Below, in pieces: positions 46,270 through 57,418 of a DNA stretch of 64,000 bases. The notes beneath the pieces were generated by a model. It ran no database searches and had not been told where the DNA came from. It saw only the letters and a program-made list of their open reading frames with translations. A program made the position numbers and the translations under genes. Each line of letters opens with the position of its first letter. Position 1 is the stretch's first letter. This DNA comes from an uncultured bacterium (GTDB taxonomy: Bacteria; Patescibacteriota; Minisyncoccia; Phycocordibacterales; CAIZLB01), in contig CAIZVZ010000019.1 in the NCBI GenBank assembly GCA_903936565.1, forward strand, positions 3,559-67,558, read 5' to 3'.

Positions 46270-48078
46270 ATGATATTGAAAAGCTCTAAATTGAAAAAAG
46301 CCAAAAAAGTGAAGAATTATAGTGTCAGAGACTGGTCAGGGGACACTATTCTTGATCATTTGTTGAATGCCAGAGGAGTTTCTGCTGATGAAAAGCAGGC
46401 CTTTCTTAATCCTGATTATGATAAGCATGTTCATGACCCATTTCTAATGGCTGGAATGGAGACTGCTGTAGAAAGGATTAATAAGGCGATAGAAAATAAT
46501 GAAAAAATCGTTATTTATGGAGATTTTGATGCCGATGGCATCCCAGCTTCAGTTGTTCTTCATGATTTCTTTAAAAAAGTCGCATATCACAATTTTGTAA
46601 ATTATATTCCCCACAGACACAAGGAGGGTTTTGGATTTCATTTGCATGTTATAGAGGGTCTGGCTGAGGAGAATAAGGGAGATGTTAACCATAAGGGCAT
46701 GTTGGTTATAACGGTTGATTGTGGAATTACAGATGTTTCGACAGTTAAAAGAGCTACAGAGCTAGGGATTGATGTAATCATCACCGATCACCACTTACCA
46801 GACAAGGAATTACCTCCAGCTGTTGCCGTTGTTGATCCAAAGCGTCTAGATTGTGCCTACCCTGACAAGATGCTTTGTGGTGCCGGAGTAGCGTACAAGC
46901 TTGTTCAGGCCTTAATTTTCCATGATAGGTCTCATGGAAATAAGTTTGATATTAAAGAAGGTTGGGAAAAGTGGTTGCTTGATATGGTTGGAATAGCAAC
47001 GCTTTCTGATATGGTGCCCCTGGTGAATGAAAACAGGGTCTTTGCAAAATTTGGACTGATGGTGCTTCGTAAAACACAAAGATTGGGTTTGGTAAAGCTT
47101 TTCAGGGCTCTAAAGGTTTCCCAGAAGGATTTGGTTGAGGAGGATATCACATTCTTAATAACCCCGAGAATTAATGCAGCATCCAGAATGGCTGATCCAA
47201 GAGATGCTTTTCTTCTACTTTCAACAACTGACTCTGCAGAAGCGGAGAGCATGGTGAAACACCTAAATTCTATTAACGATGAGAGAAAGGTGGTGGTTGC
47301 TAAGATGAGCAAGGAGATACATAAGGTTATTCGCGAATTGAAGTTGGACGACGATGAGATATTAGTAGTTGGTAATCCTGACTGGAGTCCGACATTACTA
47401 GGTCTGGTTTCCACAACCCTGGTTAAAGACTATGGTGTACCTGTATTTTTATGGGGAAGAAGTGAGGGGGTTATCAAGGGGTCCTGTAGATCGGACGGAG
47501 TGTGTAATGTTGTGGATATAATGCGTGATATTCAGGAAAAGCATCCGCAAATATTCCTTAACGCGGGCGGTCACTCTTTTGCTGGAGGATACTCTGTTAA
47601 TGAGGAATTTATACATGAATTCAGGGATAGGATTAAGGAGAGTTATGGCAATCTGTCTGGGGTAGGTATTCAGGTAGGAACCGAGACTGACGCAGGAGGG
47701 GGATTGATAGATCGACCAGAAAAAACTATTACATACCTAGCTGACGCAATTCTGCAACCCGAACAGGTTACATGGAATACTTGGAACGATATAGAAAAGT
47801 TGATGCCGTATGGTGAAGGCAACTCAAAGCCTCTATTTGTATTTAAGGATGTAAAGATAGATAGTATCAAGATGTTCGGCAAGCAAAAGGAACATTTGGA
47901 GATTAGCTTCTCTGGTCTTAAGGCGATCGCCTTCTTTGCAGATGCAGAGATGTATGAAGATATTGAAAGTGAACTGGGAAAGGGTAATGTGGTAAGGAAG
48001 ACGGTCTTGGGTAATTTGGAGAAATCGACCTTCACATATACACCAGTGTTACGAATCAGAATTGTTGATATAATCTAA
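46270..48078 (+). CDS. recJ: single-stranded-DNA-specific exonuclease RecJ (DHH/DHHA1)
   Basis: DHH motifs (VIYGDFDADG, ITDHHLP), a DHHA1 GGHSFAGG motif, and a C-terminal OB-like region. Confidence 0.8.
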   Translation: MILKSSKLKKAKKVKNYSVRDWSGDTILDHLLNARGVSADEKQAFLNPDYDKHVHDPFLMAGMETAVERINKAIENNEKIVIYGDFDADGIPASVVLHDFFKKVAYHNFVNYIPHRHKEGFGFHLHVIEGLAEENKGDVNHKGMLVITVDCGITDVSTVKRATELGIDVIITDHHLPDKELPPAVAVVDPKRLDCAYPDKMLCGAGVAYKLVQALIFHDRSHGNKFDIKEGWEKWLLDMVGIATLSDMVPLVNENRVFAKFGLMVLRKTQRLGLVKLFRALKVSQKDLVEEDITFLITPRINAASRMADPRDAFLLLSTTDSAEAESMVKHLNSINDERKVVVAKMSKEIHKVIRELKLDDDEILVVGNPDWSPTLLGLVSTTLVKDYGVPVFLWGRSEGVIKGSCRSDGVCNVVDIMRDIQEKHPQIFLNAGGHSFAGGYSVNEEFIHEFRDRIKESYGNLSGVGIQVGTETDAGGGLIDRPEKTITYLADAILQPEQVTWNTWNDIEKLMPYGEGNSKPLFVFKDVKIDSIKMFGKQKEHLEISFSGLKAIAFFADAEMYEDIESELGKGNVVRKTVLGNLEKSTFTYTPVLRIRIVDII

Positions 48079-48144
48079 TGAATAGATTCAGGACTGACAA
48101 TACAATTGAAAAAACAAAGAACAAAATCAAAACAAAATAAAAAT

Positions 48145-48975
48145 ATGAAAAACAGAGTCTTAATATTTGCAGATGGTGCATCAAGAGGAAATCCAGGAAG
48201 AGGGGGCCACGGTACGGTTGTCGTAAGTGGACTGGCCGAAAACTTTAATAGCAACTCAGGAGCTCTTGAAATTAAGGAATTGGGAGGACGGGGTAATATG
48301 ACCACCAACAACAAGATGGAACTAAGTGCAGTTATTGAGGGTCTGAGATATTGCGGGAAGATTGGTCTTGATAATCAGAATACAGAATTTAGTATTTACA
48401 CTGATTCTAAATATGTGATGAATGGAGCAGAGGGTTGGATTTTTGGTTGGAAGAAAAATGGATGGAAAACGAAAGCGGGGGAGGAAGTAAAAAATCAAGA
48501 ATTGTGGGAAGACTTATCGGATCTGATGCAAGGAAAGAAAATTGATTGGGTTCTACTTCCGGGGCATGCGGGCGTTGCGGGCAATGAGAGATGTGATCAA
48601 ATTGCAACTCTGTTTGCTGATAATATCAGTGAAGAGATTTCGGGTAATCCAAAATTGTTTGAAGGTAGTTTTGAAAAATACGGGGAAATTAAATCAGGAG
48701 AAATTGCAATTGACACCTCAAAACTTTTGGATGTTTTTTATAATCCAAGTTTGATCAAAATGGCGAAGGACGAAAAAAATGCGAGTGGGACAAAAAAGTC
48801 AGGAAGCTCTGCAAAAGCCTTTTCATATGTAAGTAAGGTTGATGGAAAAATATATATTGATAAAAATTGGTCAGATTGTGAGAAGAGAGTGAAGGGGACA
48901 AAGGGGGCACTTTACAAGAAGTCAGTGTCTCTAAATGATCAGGAAAATATTTCAAGAGATTTCATGTCTCGATAA
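48145..48975 (+). CDS. rnhA: ribonuclease HI with ~130-aa C-terminal extension
   Basis: IFADGASRGNPG, ELSAVIEGL and YTDSKYV motifs, with the catalytic DEDD pattern ending at ...NERCDQIA. This is followed by a Lys/Ser-rich extension of unknown function. The ORF-track start at 48106 is less likely. Confidence 0.7.
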   Translation: MKNRVLIFADGASRGNPGRGGHGTVVVSGLAENFNSNSGALEIKELGGRGNMTTNNKMELSAVIEGLRYCGKIGLDNQNTEFSIYTDSKYVMNGAEGWIFGWKKNGWKTKAGEEVKNQELWEDLSDLMQGKKIDWVLLPGHAGVAGNERCDQIATLFADNISEEISGNPKLFEGSFEKYGEIKSGEIAIDTSKLLDVFYNPSLIKMAKDEKNASGTKKSGSSAKAFSYVSKVDGKIYIDKNWSDCEKRVKGTKGALYKKSVSLNDQENISRDFMSR

Positions 48976-49034
48976 TCTTCTTTGAGTTTTCTTTAGATTT
49001 TTTTTATAGAAGCATTATGTCGATCTGATATGGT

Positions 49035-50537
49035 GTGGGGATGAACTTTGATTGGTTTTACAAAAAGAAAAGCAAAAGCACTTTGTGGGCGATTTGGATT
49101 TTTGTGATTGTCTTGTCTTTTGTAATAATTTATCTTCGATATAATTTTGTGACATCAAGATCGAAGTTCTTAATGGATAGGGTCGACAGGGAGGTCGAGT
49201 TACGAGGGGTGATTGTCGAGGAGTCGACTGATTTTGGTTTCAAAAAAAGTCTGATTGTCGAGGTGTCCGAAATCAAAATTAATGGCGAGGAAATTTCAAT
49301 TAATCCTGCAGGGTCGGATTTTTGGTTGAAAGATTTTTTGGACATAAGGAGGTATTTTGATTCAAGCTTTAGGAAAAATAAAATACGAGTTATTGCAAGT
49401 TGCTCGGATTGCAGTTTTGGTCACTTCGTAAATCTTGTTGGGACTTTGAGCTTACCAAAAGTTACAGAGGATTTTGACTCAAATATTTTTCTACTTTCTC
49501 GGGGAATACAGTTTGAAATTGTGAATGCGAAAATCAAGAAAGTTGGTGGATTCAACTCGAGGTTTACATTGGAAAATTATCTGTATGAATTCAAAAATCT
49601 CTTTGTGGAGAAAATTAAAATTGCTCTACCAAATAGAGAGGAGTCGGCACTTGGTGCTGGGATTTTGATCACAGGTAAAGGTGAGTTGTCCAAGAAAACT
49701 CTAGAAGACTTTAAAAGGTCTGGACTGGTACATATGGTGGTGTTATCCGGATTCAATGTTTCAATTGTCGCCCAGGTGATAATTTCTGTTTTATCTTTTC
49801 TGCCAAAAATAATCACAGGCACACTTGGGTCAATCAGTATCATTTTGTTTTGCATTATGGTCGGCGGAGGGGCAACGGTTATTAGGTCATTGATCATGTC
49901 CTTGATAGGAATTTTTTCTCAAGTCTTTGACCTTAATCATTCAGCACTCCGCGCTGTCCTTATTGCGGGAGGGCTGATGATAATTCAAAATCCAATAATC
50001 ATAATTGGTGATCCGTCTTTTCAATTGTCCTTTGCGTGTACAATGGGTTTGATACTTTTAGGTAATTCATCCAAACATTTTTTCAGTTTTGTGACCGATA
50101 GATTTGGTCTTCGTGAAGTCCTCTCATCTACCGTTGCGGTTCAGATATTTTCACTTCCGCTTCTCTTAAAATTCTCCGGTTCAATATCAGCTTACGGAAT
50201 CTTTGCAAATATTATGGTGGTACCCCTTATACCCTTTGCAATGCTCTTTGTGTTCTTTTCTGGTGTCTTCTGTTTCATCAACCAAAATTTGAGTATGGTA
50301 TTCAGTCTTGTTTCACATCTTATCCTATCTTATATATTGTTTGTAGTTAAGTACATTTCAGGTTTAAATAATGCGATGCTGGATATTGGGAAGACTAATA
50401 ACTTTTTTATCGTCTGTTGGTATGTCGTTGTAATTCCACTCTCTGTGATGCTTTATAGAAAGTTTTCGGATGATTCAAGTGTGTTGGGTATACGAGAGAT
50501 AAAGGAAGATATCAACAAAAAAATCCATCAGGTTTGA
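49035..50537 (+). CDS. comEC: ComEC/Rec2 N-terminal half: DUF4131-like plus competence membrane domain (no beta-lactamase domain)
   Basis: N-terminal TM and OB-like region, then LVHMVVLSGFNVSIV (ComEC competence-domain H..SG.. motif) and multiple TM helices. Confidence 0.65.
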   Translation: MGMNFDWFYKKKSKSTLWAIWIFVIVLSFVIIYLRYNFVTSRSKFLMDRVDREVELRGVIVEESTDFGFKKSLIVEVSEIKINGEEISINPAGSDFWLKDFLDIRRYFDSSFRKNKIRVIASCSDCSFGHFVNLVGTLSLPKVTEDFDSNIFLLSRGIQFEIVNAKIKKVGGFNSRFTLENYLYEFKNLFVEKIKIALPNREESALGAGILITGKGELSKKTLEDFKRSGLVHMVVLSGFNVSIVAQVIISVLSFLPKIITGTLGSISIILFCIMVGGGATVIRSLIMSLIGIFSQVFDLNHSALRAVLIAGGLMIIQNPIIIIGDPSFQLSFACTMGLILLGNSSKHFFSFVTDRFGLREVLSSTVAVQIFSLPLLLKFSGSISAYGIFANIMVVPLIPFAMLFVFFSGVFCFINQNLSMVFSLVSHLILSYILFVVKYISGLNNAMLDIGKTNNFFIVCWYVVVIPLSVMLYRKFSDDSSVLGIREIKEDINKKIHQV

Positions 50538-50704
50538 TGGATGAAACATAAAGTTTATGGATGCTGAGGTTCGGGGGACATACGTTTTGCCTGCATTCTG
50601 AATGACAAAAATATTTCTTGTGAGACTTTTGAAATTGAGATATCGGGGGAGTGGTCGGAGTTCTTGGTTGGGTGAATGAAATCTAATTGAATCTAGTATT
50701 GAGA

Positions 50705-51304
50705 CTACTTTGCTTCTAAGAATCTTTTCTCGGAAACAGAGAAATTTAAATTTTCGAAGAATGCCTCAACATATCTTTTCTTCTCGCTTGGGACAAAGTC
50801 TAACATGTATGAGTGCTCCCACATATCAAGGGCAAGAATTACAGAGCAACCAGCCAAGTGTCCTAGATGCTGTTCCTCAACCCATGAGTGATTAAGTGTC
50901 CCTGTCTTTTTATCAAAATAAAGGACGGCCCACCCAACACCTCGAGTCATTGCAATTTCTTTGAATCTAAAAAGCCATGAGTCGAATGACCCCCATGTCT
51001 CATTGATCTTTTGAACCAATTCACTCAGGTCACTTTTTGCTTGTGCGCCACCTTCAAATTGTTCGAAATAATATTCATGATTTCTCATGCCGTCAAACTC
51101 AAAAGAAAATCTTCTCTGAAGTTCAGAAATCAAGTAAGTGTTTTTTGTAATCTCTTCTTCACTTGTTCGAAGACCATCAATCTTCTCTAGAATCAAATTT
51201 GCACTTTTGGTGTATCCGGAGTAGAGCTTCAAATGTTCCTCTATGGTCTTCTGGCTAATTCCCTTGAGCTCCGAAATCGAGAATGTTTTTTCTGTAAATT
51301 TCAT
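50705..51304 (-). CDS. sodA: Fe/Mn superoxide dismutase
   Basis: C-terminal signature DMWEHSYMLDF (D-x-W-E-H) and an N-terminal helical-hairpin region. The Fe/Mn family assignment is firm, but the gene-name symbol is nominal. Confidence 0.7.
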   Translation of the reverse strand: MKFTEKTFSISELKGISQKTIEEHLKLYSGYTKSANLILEKIDGLRTSEEEITKNTYLISELQRRFSFEFDGMRNHEYYFEQFEGGAQAKSDLSELVQKINETWGSFDSWLFRFKEIAMTRGVGWAVLYFDKKTGTLNHSWVEEQHLGHLAGCSVILALDMWEHSYMLDFVPSEKKRYVEAFFENLNFSVSEKRFLEAK

Positions 51305-51318
51305 ATTTTAAATTTATT

Positions 51319-52461
51319 ATGATTAATAATCTTCCTCAATTTTCTCAATCAATATGGCAAAGAATATTTGAAATATTTTTGCGATTTGCAGATGCCTTTT
51401 ATAGGGTCTCTGTCCGTCTATTATATCATAGTAAAATTGTGGGAGTTTTGTTCGTATTCTCTGGGGTTATTTTTGTGACATCCATCAGTTTCTACATTTC
51501 GGTTTTTAATGAAGCTAAAACACAAAGCGAAGTAGCTCAAAATAATCATCAGGGATTTTATGTTATTGATGTTGGTCAGGGTGACTCGTCTCTCTTTATC
51601 ACAAAAGAGAATCAAACTATTCTCACGGACACTGGAAGACCAGGAAGTGGAATTGTGCAAAAGTTAGAAAAGATTTTAGGAAAGTATAGAAAGAAAATTG
51701 ACGTGATTGTTTTGACTCATCCAGATTCAGATCATGCTGGGGAGATTGAAAATATTCTAGCCAACTTTGAAGTTGGATTAATTTTATATTCTCCAATTTA
51801 TGATGTCCGACCGGACTCAGCAAAATCAATTGAAAATATTAGAATGAAAAATCATGGATTGACCATGCCTGTTTTTACTGGTGAGAATTTGAATTTATCA
51901 TCGAAGGAAAAAATATATTTCCTCTCTCCTGCATTTTCTGGTATGGGAACGTTTGCTAGTAAAAAAGAATTGGCAGAGGATAATTACTTCTCGGTCGTAT
52001 CTCTTATAAAAAGCAAGGATTTAATTTTCATGATGGCCGATGCACCGCAAAAGATTGAAAAAGTTTTAGCGTCGTCTGTCAGCAACACCCTCTTGAGTTC
52101 ATCGTCTAACCGGGAGCAGGTTTCAGAATACACAGAAATTTTCTCTCAACTTTCAAATCTCACAGGAGAAGAATTTCAAAGAAATCAGTTTGATAGAATA
52201 ATTTTGAAGATTGGACACCATGGTTCAAAGACTTCATCAGCGCCAGAGTTTATTAAGAAACTTTCACCAACAGATGTAATTTTATCTTATGGAAAAAATA
52301 ACAGATACGGTCATCCTCATAAGGAAGTTTTGGATTTGTTGATGGGTGGATTTCTGACATCAGCCTCAACTGCTTCATCAACACTGCCAACCTCATCGTC
52401 TCCAATCACTAAAATCAAAATACACCGGACCATTTCTGGTGCGGTGTATTTTGGGGAGTAA
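51319..52461 (+). CDS. membrane-anchored metallo-beta-lactamase-fold protein, ComEC C-terminal-domain-like
   Basis: YVIDVGQGDSSLFITKENQTILTDTG...IDVIVLTHPDSDHAGEI (HxHxDH-type MBL motif) and later a GHHGS motif, with a Ser/Thr-rich C-terminal tail. Confidence 0.6.
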   Translation: MINNLPQFSQSIWQRIFEIFLRFADAFYRVSVRLLYHSKIVGVLFVFSGVIFVTSISFYISVFNEAKTQSEVAQNNHQGFYVIDVGQGDSSLFITKENQTILTDTGRPGSGIVQKLEKILGKYRKKIDVIVLTHPDSDHAGEIENILANFEVGLILYSPIYDVRPDSAKSIENIRMKNHGLTMPVFTGENLNLSSKEKIYFLSPAFSGMGTFASKKELAEDNYFSVVSLIKSKDLIFMMADAPQKIEKVLASSVSNTLLSSSSNREQVSEYTEIFSQLSNLTGEEFQRNQFDRIILKIGHHGSKTSSAPEFIKKLSPTDVILSYGKNNRYGHPHKEVLDLLMGGFLTSASTASSTLPTSSSPITKIKIHRTISGAVYFGE

Positions 52462-52476
52462 TCCGATTACTTGTAA

Positions 52477-52728
52477 TTATTTCATTTTTATCAAACCAGC
52501 TTTCTTGAGAGTGGCAAAGGCGCCATTCTTTTGAATAGTTTTGATTGCTCTAGTTGATAGAGTTAATGTAACTGATTGTCCAAGCTCTGGAACATAAATA
52601 CGCTTCTTTTGAAGATTGGCGCGTCTACGTCTCAACCCTGTTGGGTTGAATTGAGTAGCACGAGTACGGTTAGAATACCCGCCTCCATTAATTGAACTTC
52701 TTTTTGTTATTGCGCAAACTTTTGCCAT
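52477..52728 (-). CDS. rpmB: 50S ribosomal protein L28
   Basis: MAKVCAITKRSSINGGGYSNRTRATQFNPTGLRRRRAN..., which matches the L28 family. Confidence 0.8.
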   Translation of the reverse strand: MAKVCAITKRSSINGGGYSNRTRATQFNPTGLRRRRANLQKKRIYVPELGQSVTLTLSTRAIKTIQKNGAFATLKKAGLIKMK

Positions 52729-52757
52729 ATGTTTTGGTATGCTATCATACTTCTATG

Positions 52758-53375
52758 GACATAGCAACAATAATAATTTCGATAGCGATACTGGTATTTT
52801 CCGTGGTAATTCACGAAGTGGCCCATGGGCTAGCTGCACTTAGCCAGGGTGACCAAACAGCCAAAATCATGGGTCGCCTTACTCTAAACCCAATAAAGCA
52901 TATAGATCCATTCGGCTCTATAATATTACCTCTGTTCTGTGCTATTTTACCCGGTGGAATCATCCTTGGATGGGCAAAGCCTGTACCTGTAAACTTCAAC
53001 GCCCTTAGGTCTGGAAAGAAGGGTGAAGCACTGGTTGCCTTTGCTGGCCCCCTATCAAATATAATATTGGCTGTTGTTGCTGGCTTGGTTATAAGAGGGT
53101 TTGCTTCATCGCTCCCAGACCCTGCTGTCATTGCACTATCTATAGTAATCATAACCAACTTGGTTCTTGCTGTATTTAACCTCGTCCCTCTTCCTCCGTT
53201 GGATGGCTCCCGTATCCTCGCCGCTATTTTACCCCACAAGGCAAGATACATAATGGGTATACTTGATAGATATGGCTTGATATTTGCTCTAGTCTTCATA
53301 TTCTTTATCTGGCAACTGGTTGTCCCCGTGGTGTATTTTATAGCTAATTTGATTATTGGAGCTAGAGTTTTCTAG
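52758..53375 (+). CDS. site-2 protease family (M50) zinc metalloprotease, minimal form
   Basis: HEVAHGLAA (HExxH within a TM helix) and NLVPLPPLDGSRIL (LDG motif). The start is at the internal Met, which avoids overlap with rpmB. Confidence 0.7.
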   Translation, partial: DIATIIISIAILVFSVVIHEVAHGLAALSQGDQTAKIMGRLTLNPIKHIDPFGSIILPLFCAILPGGIILGWAKPVPVNFNALRSGKKGEALVAFAGPLSNIILAVVAGLVIRGFASSLPDPAVIALSIVIITNLVLAVFNLVPLPPLDGSRILAAILPHKARYIMGILDRYGLIFALVFIFFIWQLVVPVVYFIANLIIGARVF

Positions 53376-53514
53376 TCTTTGGAATGATTTTAGGTATCTA
53401 ATGTATAATTCAGTCCCATCGGAGCTTATAGAAGGTTACGACCCTTGCATTAAGCACCTATATATAGTAGTCTATGACAACTAGTGTATTTTACATACGC
53501 TCGTAAATTTAAGT

Positions 53515-53931
53515 ATGCCAACTTTAAATCAATTAGTTAAGAAGAACCGTTCAAAAGCTCGCAAAAAGAGTAAGGCTATTGCACTTACTCGTGGTTTTAA
53601 CACATTGCAAAACAGACCAATCTTTTATAATTCACCTTTTAAAAGAGGAGTTTGTACAAAGGTTACAACCAAAACACCTAAGAAGCCTAACTCTGCTATC
53701 AGAAAGATCGCTAGAGTTCGTCTTACAAACGGTATAGAAGTTACTGCTTACATCCCAGGAATGGGACACAACCTACAAGAGCACTCCGTGGTACTACTAC
53801 GTGGTGGTCGTGTTAAGGACGTTGGTATTAGATATACCGTTGTTCGCGGAAAGCTAGACTGTGCAGGTGTTGAAAAGCGTAGAAAGCAACGTTCAGCTTA
53901 CGGCGCAAAGCGCCCAAAGGCAGCTAAGTAA
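53515..53931 (+). CDS. rpsL: 30S ribosomal protein S12
   Basis: [10 protein letters not shown]...[10 protein letters not shown]...[19 protein letters not shown]. Confidence 0.9.
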   Translation: MPTLNQLVKKNRSKARKKSKAIALTRGFNTLQNRPIFYNSPFKRGVCTKVTTKTPKKPNSAIRKIARVRLTNGIEVTAYIPGMGHNLQEHSVVLLRGGRVKDVGIRYTVVRGKLDCAGVEKRRKQRSAYGAKRPKAAK

Positions 53932-54071
53932 TTAGCTGTTTCGTCTCGGAATGTACACTCGTACAAAAAATGATTTATAGAGTAAGTTTTTGACGAAGCG
54001 GTCAAAAGTCTGAAAAAAGTCTATAAATCGCGTATTATCAATATTATTAAAAATTACGTAACTTACAGAAA

Positions 54072-54542
54072 ATGCGAAGAAAATTAAAAAAGAAGGTTGT
54101 TATAAAACCTGATATAAAATATAAGTCAGAAGTAGTTTCAAAATTCATAAACTATGTTATGTGGAGTGGTAAGAAAGAGACCGCTGCAAAGATTGTTTAT
54201 TCATGTTTTGACACTATTAAGGATTTAGCCAAGACAGAAAATCCATTAGAGATTTTTGAAACAGCCCTTAAAAATGCAGCTCCTCAAGTTGAGGTTAGAT
54301 CAAGAAGAGTTGGAGGTGCAAACTATCAAGTTCCTAGAGAAGTTAGAGCTGAAAGAAGAGCTTTCCTATCTATGAAATGGATTATTGATGCAGCTCGTGC
54401 AAAAAAGGGTAAGGCTATCCATTTAAAACTAGCAGATGAAATTTTTGCAGCTTCAAAGAATGAAGGAGAAGCAGTAAGAAAGAAAGAGAATACCCACAAG
54501 ATGGCAGATGCCAACAAGGCCTTTGCTCACTTTGCTTGGTAA
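54072..54542 (+). CDS. rpsG: 30S ribosomal protein S7
   Basis: Order in the str operon, and conserved ...[15 protein letters not shown]... motif. Confidence 0.9.
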   Translation: MRRKLKKKVVIKPDIKYKSEVVSKFINYVMWSGKKETAAKIVYSCFDTIKDLAKTENPLEIFETALKNAAPQVEVRSRRVGGANYQVPREVRAERRAFLSMKWIIDAARAKKGKAIHLKLADEIFAASKNEGEAVRKKENTHKMADANKAFAHFAW

Positions 54543-54643
54543 TTCTAATCACAAACCCCAAGCAAACTCTATCCAGAGCTCATTGTTGGGGTTTGTTGAT
54601 TTATGGTAAACTATATTTATAAAAATTAAATAAAAAATAATAT

Positions 54644-56797
54644 ATGCAACGTGATTATCCATTAGAGCGAATTAGAAACTTTGGTATCATCGCTCACATT
54701 GACGCTGGTAAGACAACAACATCAGAACGTGTTCTTTACTACACAGGAATGAGCCATAAAATTGGTGAAGTTCATGAAGGAGAGGCAGTAACAGACTGGA
54801 TGGAACAAGAAAAAGAGCGTGGTATTACAATTACCGCAGCTGCTATTACTTGTTTCTGGAACCCAACATACATGGGAGCAGATAAGTCTATTATGCATCG
54901 TTTCAACATTATCGACACTCCTGGTCACGTGGACTTTACAGTTGAGGTTGAAAGATCTCTAAAGGTTCTTGATGGAGGAGTTGTGGTATTTGATGGAGTT
55001 GCCGGAGTTGAAGCTCAATCAGAAACAGTTTGGAGACAAGCTGATAAGTATCACGTTCCACGTATTTGTTTTATTAACAAGCTAGACAGAATGGGAGCAT
55101 CATTTGAAAGATCATATCAATCAATCTTGGACAGACTAAACAAGAATGCAATCAGAATGCAGCTTCCAATCGGAGAAGAAGAGAACTTGGCGGGAGTTGT
55201 TGATCTTCTAAAGATGAAGGCTTACAAGTTTGAAGGAGACATGGGAAGTACTGTTACAGAATATGAAGTCCCAGCTGAGATGCTTGATGAAGCTAAGATG
55301 AGAAGACAAGAACTAGTTGAGAAGTGTGTAGAGTTCGATGAAGAATTGATGAACAGATACCTAGAAGAAGGTGAGTCTGCGGTATTCACAATCGATGAAC
55401 TTAAAGCATCTCTAAGAAAGGGAGTTATCTCAAATAAGGTTTTCCCAGTTTTCACAGGTTCAGCTCTTAAGAACAAAGGAGTTCAACTAGTATTGGATGC
55501 CGTTATTGATTACCTACCATGTCCACTAGACGTTCCTCCAATAAAAGGACTTGATCCAGAGACAAATGAAGAAATTGAAAGACACGCATCAGATGAAGAA
55601 CCTTTTGCAGCACTTGCATTCAAATTGCAAACTGACCCATTCGTAGGACAACTTACATTCTTCCGTGTATATTCCGGAACAATTGAAGCTGGTTCATATA
55701 TTTACAATGCTACAACTGGTAACAAGGAGAGACTTGGACGTATTGTTAGACTTCAAGCTAATAAGAGAGAAGATGTTAAGAAAGTTTTTGCTGGAGAAAT
55801 TGCAGCAGCCGTAGGTCTTAAGGAAGCAAAGACATCTCACACTTTCTGTGATGAATCTCATCCGATTCTGCTTGATCCTATTAAGTTCGCAGAGCCTGTT
55901 GTGTCTCTAAGAATCGAGCCAAAGACAAAGGCAGATCAAGAGAAGATGGGTGTTGCTCTTAAGAAACTAGGAGATGAAGATCCAACATTTAGAATTTCTT
56001 CAAACTCAGAGACAGGAGATACTGTTATCTCAGGAATGGGTGAACTTCACCTTGAAATCATGGTTGATAGAATGAAGAGAGAGTTCAATGTTGAGGCTAA
56101 CGTGGGTGCTCCTCAAGTTGCATACAGAGAGACAATTCTTGGAAGTGCAGAGGCAGAACACAAATATGTTAAGCAATCTGGAGGTAAGGGGCAATATGGT
56201 CACGTTAAGATTACAATTAAGCACCTAGAGCCACTAGAGGAAGGAGCTAAGATTCCTAAAAACGTGCACAGAACTGCTGACTTTGAGTTTATTGACTCAA
56301 TTAAAGGAGGAGTTATCCCAGCAGAATTTATTCCTGCAGTTGAGAAGGGGGTTAAAGAGGCAATGGAAAGAGGTATTGTTGCTGGATTCCCACTAACAAA
56401 CGTATCTTGTGAGCTAACATTTGGATCATATCACGATGTTGACTCATCAGAAATCGCTTACAAGATTGCAGCTTCTCAAGCTTTCCAAGAGGGAGCAAAG
56501 AGAGCGAGACCTGTTATTCTTGAGCCTATAATGAAGGTTGAAGCCCTAACACCAGAGCAATTCATGGGTGACGTTACAGGATCACTTTCATCAAAGAGAG
56601 GACAAATTGAAGGAATGGACGATAGACTAGGCGGAATCAAGGTTATCAGAGCGATGGTTCCACTATCAGAAATGTTTGGTTACACAACAGATATACGATC
56701 AATGACACAAGGAAGAGGCTCAGTAACAATGGAATTCGATCACTATGATACAGTTCCAGCAAACGTGGAGAAGACAATCGTTGAGTCAAGGAAATAA
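54644..56797 (+). CDS. fusA: elongation factor G
   Basis: [16 protein letters not shown]-domain, DTPGHVDF, and a full five-domain length of 717 aa. Confidence 0.95.
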   Translation: MQRDYPLERIRNFGIIAHIDAGKTTTSERVLYYTGMSHKIGEVHEGEAVTDWMEQEKERGITITAAAITCFWNPTYMGADKSIMHRFNIIDTPGHVDFTVEVERSLKVLDGGVVVFDGVAGVEAQSETVWRQADKYHVPRICFINKLDRMGASFERSYQSILDRLNKNAIRMQLPIGEEENLAGVVDLLKMKAYKFEGDMGSTVTEYEVPAEMLDEAKMRRQELVEKCVEFDEELMNRYLEEGESAVFTIDELKASLRKGVISNKVFPVFTGSALKNKGVQLVLDAVIDYLPCPLDVPPIKGLDPETNEEIERHASDEEPFAALAFKLQTDPFVGQLTFFRVYSGTIEAGSYIYNATTGNKERLGRIVRLQANKREDVKKVFAGEIAAAVGLKEAKTSHTFCDESHPILLDPIKFAEPVVSLRIEPKTKADQEKMGVALKKLGDEDPTFRISSNSETGDTVISGMGELHLEIMVDRMKREFNVEANVGAPQVAYRETILGSAEAEHKYVKQSGGKGQYGHVKITIKHLEPLEEGAKIPKNVHRTADFEFIDSIKGGVIPAEFIPAVEKGVKEAMERGIVAGFPLTNVSCELTFGSYHDVDSSEIAYKIAASQAFQEGAKRARPVILEPIMKVEALTPEQFMGDVTGSLSSKRGQIEGMDDRLGGIKVIRAMVPLSEMFGYTTDIRSMTQGRGSVTMEFDHYDTVPANVEKTIVESRK

Positions 56798-56932
56798 AAA
56801 AAGATAGCAACAGAGCCGTATTAAGGACAATTTCCCAAAAACGTCTAATATATTCTGACAAAAGCACCCCGAGAGGGGTGTTTTTGTGTTGGTTTGAGTC
56901 TAGATCCGCAGTAGAAAAGATTATTTGACTTT

Positions 56933-57334
56933 ATGTTTTTTGGTGCCATTATGGTTATAGCGTTCTTTCTTAAAACCATTCACCAACAACCCCCGATAAA
57001 CATGCAAACTGGATTACGAGACCATGACGATATGAAAAGACGACTAGAGGAACTTGAACTTGCTGACTATCTGAATCTTCTACTTTTGCAACGCGCTGGA
57101 GAGGCGATGGACGGAATTGGCATAGTTGACCTACTGCGGGGTGCTTTTGCTGAGTATATCGTCGAAACGGAACTTCCTCAATCTAAAATGGCGGAGCTGA
57201 ATGCAAAAATGACAAGCTACGTTGACGCTGTGATGGAAGATCTTGATTTGGCAGATTCAGCCTGTCTTTATTGGATTGAATTGAATCGATCTACCGGATT
57301 TGGTCAAATCCCTGAGGATATTAGACCATTTTAA
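56933..57334 (+). CDS. hypothetical acidic protein inside GC-richer insertion between fusA and tuf
   Basis: 133-aa ORF with no recognizable motif. Local GC is visibly higher than the flanks. Coding status is uncertain. Confidence 0.3.
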   Translation: MFFGAIMVIAFFLKTIHQQPPINMQTGLRDHDDMKRRLEELELADYLNLLLLQRAGEAMDGIGIVDLLRGAFAEYIVETELPQSKMAELNAKMTSYVDAVMEDLDLADSACLYWIELNRSTGFGQIPEDIRPF

Positions 57335-57371
57335 GGCTCAATCAGCGTCTTTTACCCCACTAATTATACCG

Positions 57372-57403
57372 CCGGACCCGACAGGGTCCGGCGCTCCTCT
57401 TTT
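57372..57403 (+). terminator. hairpin CCGGACCC-gaca-GGGTCCGG followed by CTCCTCTTTTC
   Basis: 8-bp perfect GC-rich stem immediately after the 133-aa ORF. Confidence 0.5.
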
Positions 57404-57418
57404 CAAGATCCATATCCC

